Assembly (NCBI GenBank): GCA_018334835.1
Contig: JAGXLF010000001.1
Coordinates: 32,879 to 96,878 of the forward strand
Source: Thermoplasmatota archaeon
Lineage (GTDB): Archaea > Thermoplasmatota > Thermoplasmata > Halarchaeoplasmatales > Halarchaeoplasmataceae
Direction of reading: 5' to 3'
Length of the DNA: 64,000 bases
Of this stretch, positions 1-9,953 are shown piece by piece (positions within the stretch are counted from its first letter, which is position 1; the number at the start of each line of letters is the position of its first letter). The position numbers and the translations under genes are program-made. Below the pieces are notes generated by a model that was not told the origin of the DNA, ran no database searches, and saw nothing but the letters and a program-made list of their open reading frames with translations.

Positions 1-554
1 TCTTTTTTCAAGTATTTCATATCGAGACCTGAACTTTCAAATCGATCGATTCTTTTTTGATAGTCATCGATTTCATCTTGGAAATCTACAGTCCTGTATT
101 CATCTTCATTTTCAAGAAAAGTGTCCTCGAGTTCTATATCTCCTTCAACAACATCTTCTTCACCTTCGTTATAACCTTCTTCATCACTTTCCTCTTCAAA
201 TATAGCTCCGCAGTTCGGGCATTGGGAGTCGTTCGCACCGACTTCGCTATCGCAGATAGGGCATGCGAAAGTCACTATCTCTTCGACTCCTTCTTCCTCG
301 CCTGAAGAGATCTCATCATCGGTAACAATATCAGAGAACTCCATCTCCTTGATGTCTTCTAATAGTTCTTCATCTTCACTTTCCTCCAGGATTAAATCCT
401 TGACTCTCTCGATACTCTCCTTCGGAACGCCTTCATTTATATCTACATCTAAATCGAACATCCATAAGATAGCTCCACAGTTTGGACATTCTCGCTCTTC
501 TCCAGAAAGGCTAGAGTCACAGATAGGACAGTTTTCGGAGGAGTCCTTTGCCAA
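1..554 (-). CDS. Acidic double zinc-ribbon protein (C-terminus lies beyond window edge)
   Basis: Absent from the ORF track because it runs off the window. The reverse frame is open from the stop at 555-557 down to position 1. Translation LAKDSSENCPICDSS..ECPNCGAILW ... FACPICDSEV..QCPNCGAIF gives two CPxC..CPNCGA zinc ribbons separated by D/E-rich linkers. The only start candidates are TTG at 554 or an internal ATG. Plus-strand ORFs 57..305 and 349..558 are antisense shadows. Confidence 0.55.
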   Translation of the reverse strand, partial: MAKDSSENCPICDSSLSGEERECPNCGAILWMFDLDVDINEGVPKESIERVKDLILEESEDEELLEDIKEMEFSDIVTDDEISSGEEEGVEEIVTFACPICDSEVGANDSQCPNCGAIFEEESDEEGYNEGEEDVVEGDIELEDTFLENEDEYRTVDFQDEIDDYQKRIDRFESSGLDMKYLKK

Positions 555-684
555 TTAATAGCACCTCTGTAGTAATTTACTTTAGAGCCAAAGAGGATTA
601 TAAATGCTTTACGTTGAGATAATAGATTTCATCGAGTCTCTATCCCTCTTTACTTAAGATTTTATTACATTTTATACCCATAGT

Positions 685-1365
685 TCATAACCTCATAAGT
701 ATCTTTATCAAGTAATAAAGGAGTAAAGACGTCAAGACGCCGTTAAGAGCCATACCTAGACCGCTCACTGCCCCGCTCAATTTATCTTCTTGGATCATCC
801 TTGCTGTTCCTAGTCCATGAGAGGTGACTCCCATCGCTAATCCTCTAGCTACACGATCTTCCACTCTAAATAGGTTCAAAATGGCAAGACCAATTGAATT
901 TCCCATAATTCCTGTTATTATGACCAATATTGCGGTCAAAGCAGGTATACCACCAACCTGTTCACTGACACCGATAGCTATAGGGGTTGTCACACTTTTC
1001 GGAGATATGCTCAAAAGCACGTCTTCACTTCCACCGAGCAAATGAGCTATAAAGAAGGCGCTCAATATAGCTATCAAACCTCCAAATATTACCCCACTTG
1101 ATATTTGTGTTGAATAATCTATGACAAAGTCTCTTTTTTTGTAGAGCGGTATAGCTAAACTTACTACTGCTGGACCGAGCAGAAAACTCAGTATCCTTGC
1201 ACTTTCCATATAAACCTCATATTCTATACCTGCTGTATAAAGTAGTATAATTATAGATGTGATCGAAAGCATGACTGGATTAAGATAAAATTTCTTCCTA
1301 ATATGATATAATCTGCTGAATATAAAATATACGGAGATAGTTAAAAATATTCCTAAAAGATTCAT
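685..1365 (-). CDS. lrgB: LrgB/CidB-family membrane protein
   Basis: 226-aa polytopic membrane ORF with LrgB-like blocks (LLGPAVVSLAIPLY, GLAMGVTSHGLGTA). Overlaps the upstream lrgA-like gene by 4 nt. Confidence 0.8.
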   Translation of the reverse strand: MNLLGIFLTISVYFIFSRLYHIRKKFYLNPVMLSITSIIILLYTAGIEYEVYMESARILSFLLGPAVVSLAIPLYKKRDFVIDYSTQISSGVIFGGLIAILSAFFIAHLLGGSEDVLLSISPKSVTTPIAIGVSEQVGGIPALTAILVIITGIMGNSIGLAILNLFRVEDRVARGLAMGVTSHGLGTARMIQEDKLSGAVSGLGMALNGVLTSLLLYYLIKILMRL

Positions 1366-1691
1366 CTTAAAACCTCCACGATCTTACCGGTAAAGACGAT
1401 TGTGATTATGAAGCTCAATACTAGTGCTCCTATGATCGGGAGAATTTCATCTATTAATAATCCGAAGTAGAGCATTATACCGACTCCAGGAGGTATAAAC
1501 ATTATACTCATGTTATCAACGAAGAATTCAGCTTCTCTTTCAACATCTTTTAAATCGATCATACCTCCTCCTAGAGCTAATACCAACAAAATCATTCCTA
1601 ATACGTTGCCAGGTATCGGTAGATTACTCAGTTCCATTGAAACTTCCCCTAGAAAATAGAAACCAAATATGATCGCTAGGCCCTTATACAT
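1362..1691 (-). CDS. lrgA: LrgA/CidA holin-like membrane protein
   Basis: 109 aa with about 4 TM segments and an FLGE..LPIPGNVLGMILL pattern. Paired with lrgB as in known lrgAB units. Confidence 0.75.
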   Translation of the reverse strand: MYKGLAIIFGFYFLGEVSMELSNLPIPGNVLGMILLVLALGGGMIDLKDVEREAEFFVDNMSIMFIPPGVGIMLYFGLLIDEILPIIGALVLSFIITIVFTGKIVEVLR

Positions 1692-1697
1692 TTTACC

Positions 1698-2258
1698 TCA
1701 CCTTTTAGCGTGAAGTATGTACTGAAAAAAGTTAATTTTTTCGATCCTTACTCTAAAATCCTTCTTAAGAAAAATATTTTTGATCTCTTCTTTTTCATAA
1801 AAGCTCGAAGGTTCTCCCAGCGATCGTTCTACGTATTCTATGAATTTTGTCATGTAGTTATTTGGGTCGAGTTCCAATATTATTATCTCTCCATCTGGCT
1901 TTGAAACTCTGATGATCTCAGTTAGACTCTTGTTTTTATGTTCAAAGTGGTGTAAAGCATCGATACAGAAAACTAAATCGAAGCAGTTAGAGTCGAAAGG
2001 AAGATTGCTAGAGTTTCCGACTATTTCATCTTGGGTCGGAGGGGCTCTTTCCAGCATCCCCTTTGATTTGTCTAGGACATAACCTTTGACTTCTGGTTCT
2101 ATTCTTAGGATCGTTTCTATAAGTTTCCCGGTTCCTCCCCCCACGTCCAAGATTTTGTCTTTTTCGTTCAATTCAATATGGTTCAAGATATCTCTTTTGA
2201 TATTTGGAAGGAACAACCATGATAGGTAATCGTACAATGGAGCTATCTCATCGAACAT
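1698..2258 (-). CDS. Class I SAM-dependent methyltransferase
   Basis: SAM-binding motif [10 protein letters not shown], with Methyltransf_11-like size and layout. Confidence 0.75.
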   Translation of the reverse strand: MFDEIAPLYDYLSWLFLPNIKRDILNHIELNEKDKILDVGGGTGKLIETILRIEPEVKGYVLDKSKGMLERAPPTQDEIVGNSSNLPFDSNCFDLVFCIDALHHFEHKNKSLTEIIRVSKPDGEIIILELDPNNYMTKFIEYVERSLGEPSSFYEKEEIKNIFLKKDFRVRIEKINFFQYILHAKR

Positions 2259-2346
2259 GTTGTCAATCCCAATTCAATTATTGGTTAATTCTCTACTTCC
2301 TCATCGAAACAAAGCATTTAATAATATCTACATAATCACCGGAAAT

Positions 2347-3216
2347 ATGGGAATATTAGTAGATGAAGATACGGAAGTCATCGTTCAAGGTATAACCGGT
2401 CAGCAGGGTATGTTCCATACTGAATATATGGAAGAATACGGGACGAACGTAGTCGCGGGCGTGACACCTGGCAAGGGTGGTAAAAAGGTAAAAGGTGTTC
2501 CCGTTTTCAATACAGTAGAAGGAGCAAAGGAAAAAGCAGGCGGTAACGCCTCGATAATATTTGTACCGGCGCCTTTTGCTAAGGACGCGGCGTTCGAAGC
2601 GATAGAGGCAGGGATGAATCCTGTAGTAATAATAACCGAAAGTATACCTGTTCAGGATTCTGCGAAGATCATGCGTCTTGCGGAGATGAACGGCACAACC
2701 ATAATAGGCCCAAATACACCAGGGATAATCTCCCCTGGGAAGAGCAAAGTAGGGATAATGCCTAATCATATCTTTGAAGAGGGCAATATAGGCCTAGTCT
2801 CTAGAAGCGGTACTTTGACCTACGAGATCGTTAATACTATCACGGAAAAGGGGTACGGTCAATCTACTGCCTTTGGTCTAGGTGGAGATCCGATAGTCGG
2901 TATGGATTTCATAGATGCGCTGGATCGTTTTTCACGTGATGACGGGACAGATGCTGTCATAATGATTGGTGAGATCGGCGGAAGTGCAGAAGAAAAAGCT
3001 GCCAAACACATCCAAGAGAACATCGATAAGCCAGTAATAGCTTACATCGCTGGAAGGACTGCTCCTAAAGGAAAACGCATGGGTCATGCAGGAGCCATAG
3101 TTTCTGAAGGTGGAACCGGTACAGCAGAATCGAAGATAGAAGCTCTAGAAGGTGCGGGCGTTTCTGTTGCGAGGATGCCGACCGAGATAGGGGAACTGCT
3201 AGATAACGAGTTGTAG
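2347..3216 (+). CDS. sucD: Succinyl-CoA synthetase alpha subunit
   Basis: CoA-binding VQGITGQQG and phosphohistidine loop MGHAGAIV. Start moved from 2257 to the in-frame ATG at 2347 ([11 protein letters not shown]), because the first 30 codons look like a non-homologous extension. Confidence 0.9.
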   Translation: MGILVDEDTEVIVQGITGQQGMFHTEYMEEYGTNVVAGVTPGKGGKKVKGVPVFNTVEGAKEKAGGNASIIFVPAPFAKDAAFEAIEAGMNPVVIITESIPVQDSAKIMRLAEMNGTTIIGPNTPGIISPGKSKVGIMPNHIFEEGNIGLVSRSGTLTYEIVNTITEKGYGQSTAFGLGGDPIVGMDFIDALDRFSRDDGTDAVIMIGEIGGSAEEKAAKHIQENIDKPVIAYIAGRTAPKGKRMGHAGAIVSEGGTGTAESKIEALEGAGVSVARMPTEIGELLDNEL

Positions 3217-3258
3217 GACCCTATATATTCAGGATAGGGAGAAGATATAGTCTAAAAA

Positions 3259-3984
3259 TCAGAGACAAGCAGTAAGTTTCGGCAATTCTTCTCCAACCTT
3301 ACCTTTAAGAAAGTAATCTGAAATTTTGTCCGTTAGCGGAGTTTTTTCCAAGTTTATCTCGACGACCTCGGCTCCAGCTTTTTTCGCCGCAGATGGTAAA
3401 GACGCTGCTGGTTGGACCACTGCAGATGTACCTAGAGTAAACAAGAGATCACAACTCCTGACCTCATGCCAGGACCGGTCAAGCAAGTTTCGAGGGAGCT
3501 TTTCCCCAAAAAGGACAACATTGGGTCTAAGGAACGAATCGCATTTACAAGTAGGTATTCGATCGTCTTTAATCTCGTCTAGAAAGTCCCTTGTATCATA
3601 CTTTTTTTGACAAGAGGGACATATCAATTTATTTAGGGAACCGTGTATCTCTAACACGTTTTTGCTTCCCGCTCTCTGATGGAGCCCGTCGATATTTTGG
3701 GTGATTATAGATTTCAATCCATGATCTTCTAGTTCGACAAGACTGTAGTGTCCCTCATGCGGCTCAGCATCGAAACTCTCTTCGATTTGAAGTTTGAATA
3801 ATTTCCAACATCTTTCTGGCCCATCTGCGAAGGCTGAGGCACTCGCTACTTTTTGTGGATCGAAATCATCCCACAGGCCATCTTCTCCTCTGAATGGGGC
3901 TATGCCGCTTTCTACTGACGTACCCGCTCCGGTGAAGACTGTGATCTTGTCCGCGTTTTTTACAGCTTCAACTATTTCATCCAT
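3259..3984 (-). CDS. cobB: NAD-dependent protein deacylase, Sir2 family
   Basis: GAGTSVESGIAPFRG, QNIDGLH, and a zinc module CPSC..CKC. Confidence 0.9.
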   Translation of the reverse strand: MDEIVEAVKNADKITVFTGAGTSVESGIAPFRGEDGLWDDFDPQKVASASAFADGPERCWKLFKLQIEESFDAEPHEGHYSLVELEDHGLKSIITQNIDGLHQRAGSKNVLEIHGSLNKLICPSCQKKYDTRDFLDEIKDDRIPTCKCDSFLRPNVVLFGEKLPRNLLDRSWHEVRSCDLLFTLGTSAVVQPAASLPSAAKKAGAEVVEINLEKTPLTDKISDYFLKGKVGEELPKLTACL

Positions 3985-4009
3985 GATGGTTAAAAAAATA
4001 AAAAAAGTT

Positions 4010-4594
4010 TTAGAGGTGGGATTTTACCCTTTCTAGATTCTTATCGACATCTTCCGCAACATCGTCATGAATGCTGTTCCCGGCAGAATCCATAGTCACC
4101 AAGAAAGGACCCGCTTCTTCCACTCTGAACATCCAGAAAGCCTCTGGAATACCTAGTTCCTCCAAAAAATAAACGTCCTCGACTTCCCTTATCGCGTTGG
4201 CCATCAATGCTCCCGCTCCTCCGGTATACTGACAATACACGGCTCCATGTTTCTTTAGTGCTTTCAAAGTTCTTTCTCCCATTCCTCCTTTCCCGATGAT
4301 CACTTTAGTTCCGAACCTTTCGATGAAATCATCTTCGAATATCTCCATCCTGATGCTGGTAGTTGGTCCTGCCGAGACGACCTTCCATTTTCCTTCTTCT
4401 TTATGGATCGCGGGGCCACAGTGGAACATAGCGTACTTTGAAGGATCGAAAGGCACCTCTTCGTCGTCGATATCTAACAGCTTTTCATGGGCGGCATCTC
4501 TAGCAGTGAATATAGTCCCGGTTATGTAAAATGCGTCTCCAACTCGCAACTCCTTTATTTTTTCATGGTTGAGAGGTGTTTCAAAGATGTTCAT
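4010..4594 (-). CDS. fumB: Class I (Fe-S) fumarate hydratase, beta subunit
   Basis: Beta-type hydro-lyase domain (IIGKGGMG, YTGGAGAL). Overlaps the alpha subunit gene by 4 nt. Confidence 0.85.
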   Translation of the reverse strand: MNIFETPLNHEKIKELRVGDAFYITGTIFTARDAAHEKLLDIDDEEVPFDPSKYAMFHCGPAIHKEEGKWKVVSAGPTTSIRMEIFEDDFIERFGTKVIIGKGGMGERTLKALKKHGAVYCQYTGGAGALMANAIREVEDVYFLEELGIPEAFWMFRVEEAGPFLVTMDSAGNSIHDDVAEDVDKNLERVKSHL

Positions 4595-5457
4595 CTTACC
4601 ACCTCTACTTCACCGTTAGAACTGACCTTCAGTTTAGCCTGTCTATTAGCCCAACATTGTGGAAGTACCGCTACAGGGTACGAAGCGGGATGTCTGTGAG
4701 CGTACTCAATCTTAACATCCAGAACGGTTGTTTTTCCTCCTACTCCCATCGGACCAACACCTAGTTCATTGGCCTTTTCAAGCAGTTCCTCTTCCAATTC
4801 TGCTATTCTACCTTCGGCATGTCTTTCGCCCACCGGTCGCAACAATGCCTTTTTCGCTAGCTCCATGGCTAAATCCGCTCCTCCACCTAGACCAATACCA
4901 ACGATGGTCGGAGGACAGGGTTTACCGGCCATTTCAGCAATCTGGTCTAGCACGATCTCTTTCACTCCCTTCAAACCTCTTCCTGGTGTCATCATCTCCA
5001 GTCTGCTCATGTTTTCACTCCCTCCTCCTTTTGGTATGATATTTATGATCGCTTCATCTCCCTTCACGATATCCCAATGGATCGAAGGTATGAAGCGTCC
5101 TGTGTTATCGCCGCTGTTTTCATCACTGATCGGGTCGATCGCGTTAGGACGGAGAGGGATCGTTTCGGTTGCCCTTTTCACTGACTCATCAACGGTCCTT
5201 TTTAATTGACCGATCCACTTGAAATCTTCACCCACTTCTATAAAAAAGGTCTGTGTGCCAGTGTCTTGACAGATTGGTCTTTTTTCACTTTTCCCGACAT
5301 CTATGTTTTCCAAGATCGCATCTAGTTGAACCTGCGCCCCTTCTTTTTCTTCTCTATCCTTTGCTTCTCGGAGTGCATCTTCTGTTTCTTCAGTAACGCT
5401 GGTCACGGCCTTTCGGATCCCTTCGACCAGATTCTCCTCAAGCTCTCCTTTATTCAT
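4591..5457 (-). CDS. fumA: Class I (Fe-S) fumarate hydratase, alpha subunit
   Basis: Alpha-type Fe-S hydro-lyase domain (CQDTGT, GGGSEN). Operonic with the beta subunit. Confidence 0.85.
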   Translation of the reverse strand: MNKGELEENLVEGIRKAVTSVTEETEDALREAKDREEKEGAQVQLDAILENIDVGKSEKRPICQDTGTQTFFIEVGEDFKWIGQLKRTVDESVKRATETIPLRPNAIDPISDENSGDNTGRFIPSIHWDIVKGDEAIINIIPKGGGSENMSRLEMMTPGRGLKGVKEIVLDQIAEMAGKPCPPTIVGIGLGGGADLAMELAKKALLRPVGERHAEGRIAELEEELLEKANELGVGPMGVGGKTTVLDVKIEYAHRHPASYPVAVLPQCWANRQAKLKVSSNGEVEVVR

Positions 5458-5520
5458 ATATATCAGGCATACAGATACATAAAAGAGTAAAAAAGTTTTC
5501 GAGTAAAAAAGATAAAAATT

Positions 5521-5817
5521 TTAAATTTTCTTACAGATCTCGCACATCATATCGTCCACTTTTTCTTGAGTGAGTTTACCCGATTCACTATAATTATAAA
5601 TATTTTCAGCGATCTCTTCTATAGCCCCTTCTATATCCTTTGATAGCTCCGTTGTCTTACCTCTACTCCCTCTGATATATTGAGAGACGGCAGGCTGCGT
5701 AATATCCAATATCTCAGAGATCTCCACCTGTTTCAGTTCGTATTTATTATACAGTATGTAAGCGATATTTGCCTTCACGGTTGGCATATATTCATTGACG
5801 AATTCCTCGCAGCGCAT
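5521..5817 (-). CDS. Small HTH transcriptional regulator
   Basis: 98 aa with helix-turn-helix VEISEILDITQPAVSQYIRG and a C-terminal CEICKK. Resembles archaeal COG2522-type regulators. Confidence 0.6.
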   Translation of the reverse strand: MRCEEFVNEYMPTVKANIAYILYNKYELKQVEISEILDITQPAVSQYIRGSRGKTTELSKDIEGAIEEIAENIYNYSESGKLTQEKVDDMMCEICKKI

Positions 5818-5915
5818 GTTGTTATAGGGACAAGTTTGATGGTTTATTAATATATCCCTCCTTTTTCCTTTCTACCAAAACGAAAATATAAGATGACGCA
5901 TGTTTTTTAATCAAG

Positions 5916-6200
5916 ATGTACGATGTGGTAGAACCGTGTTCAGATTCGGGTGCCTACCGGGCGGAACCCAAAGAGAAAACTAAGATCGATCTTGAAGAAC
6001 TTGAGGAATATCTAATCAAAAGGGAGTTTGAAATAGAATTTTCTTCTGAAGTCATTTTGCTTGTTCTCCATCCTAGATTAGATGTTGAAGTCGGAATATA
6101 TCCATCGGGGAAACTCCTGTTTAAGACTACTGATGAGAAAATAGTCGATGAACTTTTTGAGGAGTTTACTGAGCTGGTTAAAGATTTTAAAAATACTTAA
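5916..6200 (+). CDS. Hypothetical small acidic protein
   Basis: 94-aa ORF with plausible coding composition. Shares a TTAA stop overlap with the convergent desulfurase gene. No family recognised with confidence. Confidence 0.4.
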   Translation: MYDVVEPCSDSGAYRAEPKEKTKIDLEELEEYLIKREFEIEFSSEVILLVLHPRLDVEVGIYPSGKLLFKTTDEKIVDELFEEFTELVKDFKNT

Positions 6201-7378
6201 AAGACAAGCGATCTGATCACTTCGACAAATTTTTTGACTTCTTCTTCAGTATTGTACAGATAAAAAGATGCTCTATTTCCCCCTTCAAGTCCGTGAAAGC
6301 TGTACCAGGAATGGACGCACTGCTTACCTCCTCTCAGCAAGATATTTTCTTCATCCATCAATAGCGTTATCTCGTGGCAGCCCAATTCTTCTAGTTGAAA
6401 ATTAAATATGCCGGATCTCTTTTCTGGGTCTTCGGGACCGATTATCTTAACCTTTTCTTTCAATTCCTCTGTCGCTATCGTATTCAACTTAATCTCGTGT
6501 TCTTCGATATTTTCTAATCCTATTTCTTTAATATAATCGACAGCGGGTTTCACTGCGGCGAGACTAGCAAAATTTTGAAGACCAGCTTCAAACTTAGCCG
6601 GAGAATCCTGCAGTGTAGCTTCGTCATATCTCGTAGATCTTACACCTCCTCCCCCGTAGATCAGTGGATCGAGTTCTTCTAACAATTTCTTTCTGCCGTA
6701 AAGAACACCTACACCAGTGGGACCGAGCATCTTATGAACGGAGAAAGCCAAAAAGTCCACCCCGATATCTTTCACATCTACTGGTTTGTGCGGGACGCTC
6801 TGTGCTCCGTCCAACATAAAATATGCGTCGTTCTCGTGTGCTATATCGGCAACTTCAGAGGCCGGAGTGGTAGTACCGTCTAAATTGGATGTATGGACCA
6901 TTGAAACAATCTTTACGCTTTCATCCATCTTTTCTTTAAGCTCCTCTAAATCCAACTGACCATCCTTGTCCGTGGACACCTGCTCGTATATTATTTCTCT
7001 CTTTTCTCTCATCTTTATCCAAGGCACCAGATTGCTGTTGTGTTCTTTGTCAGTCGTGAGGACTTTATCTCCTTTCTTTAGAGGTAGACCTCGCGCCACC
7101 GTATTTATCGCTTCAGTAGTGTTTTTAGTAAAGGCGATCTCGTCTATTTCCGAGGCGTTCAAAAGATCTTTAACACTTTTCCTTCCTTTTTTTATCTCTT
7201 TTGTTAATCTTGTGGAAAGCGTGTGGGCACTCCTTTTGCCCTCGCAGACGGGGAACTCAGAATAATACTTTTGAACTGCATCAATAACCGGTTGAGGTTT
7301 CAAACTCAAACAGGCGCTGTCGAAATATATGTAATCATCTACCACTGGAAAGTCTTTCCTTATCTTTTCTATATCCAT
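6197..7378 (-). CDS. Cysteine desulfurase (class V aminotransferase, SufS/NifS-like)
   Basis: PLP-lysine motif FSVHKMLGPTGVGVLY and C-terminal Cys loop RGGKQC. Confidence 0.85.
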   Translation of the reverse strand: MDIEKIRKDFPVVDDYIYFDSACLSLKPQPVIDAVQKYYSEFPVCEGKRSAHTLSTRLTKEIKKGRKSVKDLLNASEIDEIAFTKNTTEAINTVARGLPLKKGDKVLTTDKEHNSNLVPWIKMREKREIIYEQVSTDKDGQLDLEELKEKMDESVKIVSMVHTSNLDGTTTPASEVADIAHENDAYFMLDGAQSVPHKPVDVKDIGVDFLAFSVHKMLGPTGVGVLYGRKKLLEELDPLIYGGGGVRSTRYDEATLQDSPAKFEAGLQNFASLAAVKPAVDYIKEIGLENIEEHEIKLNTIATEELKEKVKIIGPEDPEKRSGIFNFQLEELGCHEITLLMDEENILLRGGKQCVHSWYSFHGLEGGNRASFYLYNTEEEVKKFVEVIRSLVF

Positions 7379-7538
7379 GCTTTTTCCCCCTTGAATCTGA
7401 TGGAGACCTACTCTTGATGCCTTACATTATTCGTATGATTTATCGTTTATTAATCTATACCCTCTTTACGCCGTATCCGTAATGACATATACACGTACTT
7501 AATTCAAGACATATAAAAATAACGATGTTATTACAGAC

Positions 7539-8294
7539 TCATCTTTTTTTGAACTGCTGCAGTCTATCTTTGTGTTCTTCACAGAGTTCTCCTTTGATTT
7601 GATTTTCGATGAGTTCTCTTTGCCAGTGTGAATTGTAAAGCCTACAACCCTCCTTATCACAGGATGGGTCTCCTAGTAGACGCCAAAAGACAGTCTGAAG
7701 GAGGTAGGATTTCACGGCGGTTTCCATCCTTTCGTCAGAATATGTCATAGGCCTAAAATCGAGGATTTCGTCCCTTTCATCCTTGTCGGTGAAGTAATAC
7801 TTTCTAGGTTTAGCAGGCCCTTCAACTATACCTGAAGTGGAGATTATTGAAGGTATAGAATTGATCACTGTCCTGATATGATATCGAGATTCGTTCATTT
7901 CCAATGTTCCGAATAATCGTTTTGTAATTATAATCGTATGGTTTTCTTTCTCATCTTGGCTGAGTAGTCCTCGAAGGAGTTTAACTAGTCGATGTCCGTC
8001 GTATATTATACCCAACAGTTCTTTATCTTCTTCGATGACCTTTTTTTCTAGATCTACTTCTTTCGGAAGAGGCTTCTTGAACTTTCTCTCTCTTTTGTCT
8101 CTCACTTTAGTATAAACTACCCTTCTTGCTAAACCTTTTCGATTTTTATTTTGGAGAAAATTTTCTTCTAATTCGACTTCGGTACTGGTTTTCTCTTCAA
8201 AAAACTTCTCTAAATTGTGTGGATCTATTTTTCCAATTCGACTATCGATATAAAGAAAAATTTTAGAAAAGGGTATTTTAGCCGAGAAGTTCAT
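7539..8294 (-). CDS. Hypothetical protein with archaemetzincin-like C-terminal Cys motif
   Basis: 251-aa ORF overlapping thi4 by 17 nt. The C-terminus carries [11 protein letters not shown]..x17..CEEH, but no HExxH is visible. Confidence 0.5.
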   Translation of the reverse strand: MNFSAKIPFSKIFLYIDSRIGKIDPHNLEKFFEEKTSTEVELEENFLQNKNRKGLARRVVYTKVRDKRERKFKKPLPKEVDLEKKVIEEDKELLGIIYDGHRLVKLLRGLLSQDEKENHTIIITKRLFGTLEMNESRYHIRTVINSIPSIISTSGIVEGPAKPRKYYFTDKDERDEILDFRPMTYSDERMETAVKSYLLQTVFWRLLGDPSCDKEGCRLYNSHWQRELIENQIKGELCEEHKDRLQQFKKR

Positions 8295-9048
8295 CTGCTA
8301 CTTCCGCTCCTTTTTTACCTGAAAGAAGCATCGAACCGAAGGTCGGTCCCATCCTCGGCAACCCATAGGTGGTCGAAACCGCCATCCCTGTAGCTACGAC
8401 CCCCTCATGCACTTTTCCTGTATGTTCTACCACGAGATCTTCAGATTCATCGACCCACATTCCACCGAATCCGGTAGTCTCTATCATGCCTCTCTCTTCG
8501 AGTTTGCTGACCACACATGCGTCGTGACCGGTTGCATCTATGACTATTTCCGCTTCTAAGGAAATCGGGTCGACACAGGTGATCTGTCTAGGTAGTTCAG
8601 ATACTGGAGTCCAATTTATGACCACCCCTCCGACCCTGTCATTTTCTCTTAAAACTACATCTTCGAATTCGGTCATATTCAGTATCTGTACACCTTCATC
8701 GCATGATTTTGAGATTAACTTCGAACAGGCATGAGGTCCCATCGTTGTATACAGATCGCCGTCTTCTTCATAAGGAATCTCCAACTCATCTAGGATCTCG
8801 TGTCCAGGCGCTCTCACAGTTACCGTATTCATAAGATATCCACCGAGCCAAAATCCCCCGCCGAGATAATTGTTCCTTTCTATGATCAAAACTTTGCGCC
8901 CTTTCATGGCTAATTCTCTCGCTGCCATCAAGCCGCTAGGCCCAGCTCCGACAATGATTACTTCAGAATCTGCGAATTCATCTAGTTTCTTACCGAATTG
9001 TTTCACTATAGCTCGCGTCACGTCACTTTCCCTAGCTTTTTCGAACAT
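8278..9048 (-). CDS. thi4: Thiazole synthase Thi4 family
   Basis: Dinucleotide-binding [11 protein letters not shown]. Length and blocks are typical of archaeal Thi4. Confidence 0.9.
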   Translation of the reverse strand: MFEKARESDVTRAIVKQFGKKLDEFADSEVIIVGAGPSGLMAARELAMKGRKVLIIERNNYLGGGFWLGGYLMNTVTVRAPGHEILDELEIPYEEDGDLYTTMGPHACSKLISKSCDEGVQILNMTEFEDVVLRENDRVGGVVINWTPVSELPRQITCVDPISLEAEIVIDATGHDACVVSKLEERGMIETTGFGGMWVDESEDLVVEHTGKVHEGVVATGMAVSTTYGLPRMGPTFGSMLLSGKKGAEVADELLG

Positions 9049-9154
9049 ACTCTACCTATATAACTATGTTATAAATCCTTTACGGCTCGTTTTCATTTAA
9101 TATTTCAAAATATTATCCGTCTAGAAGGAATAAAGGTCTATTAATTCGTTCCGA

Positions 9155-9775
9155 TCATAAAGGATCAAAATAAGTGAATACCGATAAGCCGATTAAAATG
9201 ATACCCGTGATGAGTTTTTCATTGTGCTCCAAAAAATGGAAACCTAGATTTTTCATACCTCTCTTCGTTAGAAGAACCAGTAGAACCATTCCAGAGATCG
9301 TTATGACCAGATATATGATCGAGATCGCCCATATTGCAGTCCAGCCAAAGGTTCCTGCGGTGAAATAATAGGCTTCTATCTCTAAACAGGGTGAGAAGAA
9401 CATAGCGATAGAAAGAGAGCCGACTACAGCCAATTTGGATTTATCGGTAAGATCCTCGTGGTGATCATGAGAGTGTCCTCCTCTTCTAAAGTGAAGAATG
9501 AGATACATAATCCCGATCGAAAAGAGAAGCAACGGTGCGATCCATTTGGTTACTAATTCATAGTGCTTTGAAAGTGAAAAGCCGAGAAGCCCTACCGCTA
9601 TACCGATCAAGATTGTACTTGCGGTGTGAGAAAAACCGACTAGTCCGGTGAAAGATAGGGTTTCTTTCTCTCCCCAATCCTCCGTCTCACTTATCGCTAT
9701 CAGAGGTATCCAATGATTGGGGATAGCTGCGTGGAAAATGCTCAACAGAAAGGCTCCGATAATTATCTGTAACAT
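9155..9775 (-). CDS. Membrane protein with His-rich loop, putative metal-ion transporter
   Basis: 206 aa with about 6 TM segments, an N-terminal HAAIPNHW motif and a central GGHSHDHHED loop. The function is inferred only from these motifs. Confidence 0.5.
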   Translation of the reverse strand: MLQIIIGAFLLSIFHAAIPNHWIPLIAISETEDWGEKETLSFTGLVGFSHTASTILIGIAVGLLGFSLSKHYELVTKWIAPLLLFSIGIMYLILHFRRGGHSHDHHEDLTDKSKLAVVGSLSIAMFFSPCLEIEAYYFTAGTFGWTAIWAISIIYLVITISGMVLLVLLTKRGMKNLGFHFLEHNEKLITGIILIGLSVFTYFDPL

Positions 9776-9953
9776 TTTAGACCCGTCAACGTGTTATCAA
9801 ATAACACCATTATAAATATATTTGGGAAGAGGATGTTGCTATCATCAAACAATAGTGCAGAAAACGCATCAAATAAGCCGATATTATCATTTAGGAAGTA
9901 AAAGATAAATTATAATTAGTGGTAAGACTAATCGTCAAAATCAGGAGATATAG

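Noticed and set aside
57-558. Plus-strand track ORFs 57..305 and 349..558
   Set aside because: Their translations are low-complexity (F/I/S-rich and Ser runs). They are the antisense frames of a much more plausible minus-strand zinc-ribbon protein spanning 1..554.
2257-2346. 30-codon N-terminal extension of sucD
   Set aside because: The extension is hydrophobic and non-homologous, and it overlaps the divergent methyltransferase start. The ATG at 2347 gives a canonical SucD N-terminus.
9049-9154. Possible TPP riboswitch upstream of thi4
   Set aside because: The reverse-strand leader lacks the conserved CUGAGA and ACCUGAUCUGGAUAAUGCCAGCG-type elements. It is AT-rich and short.
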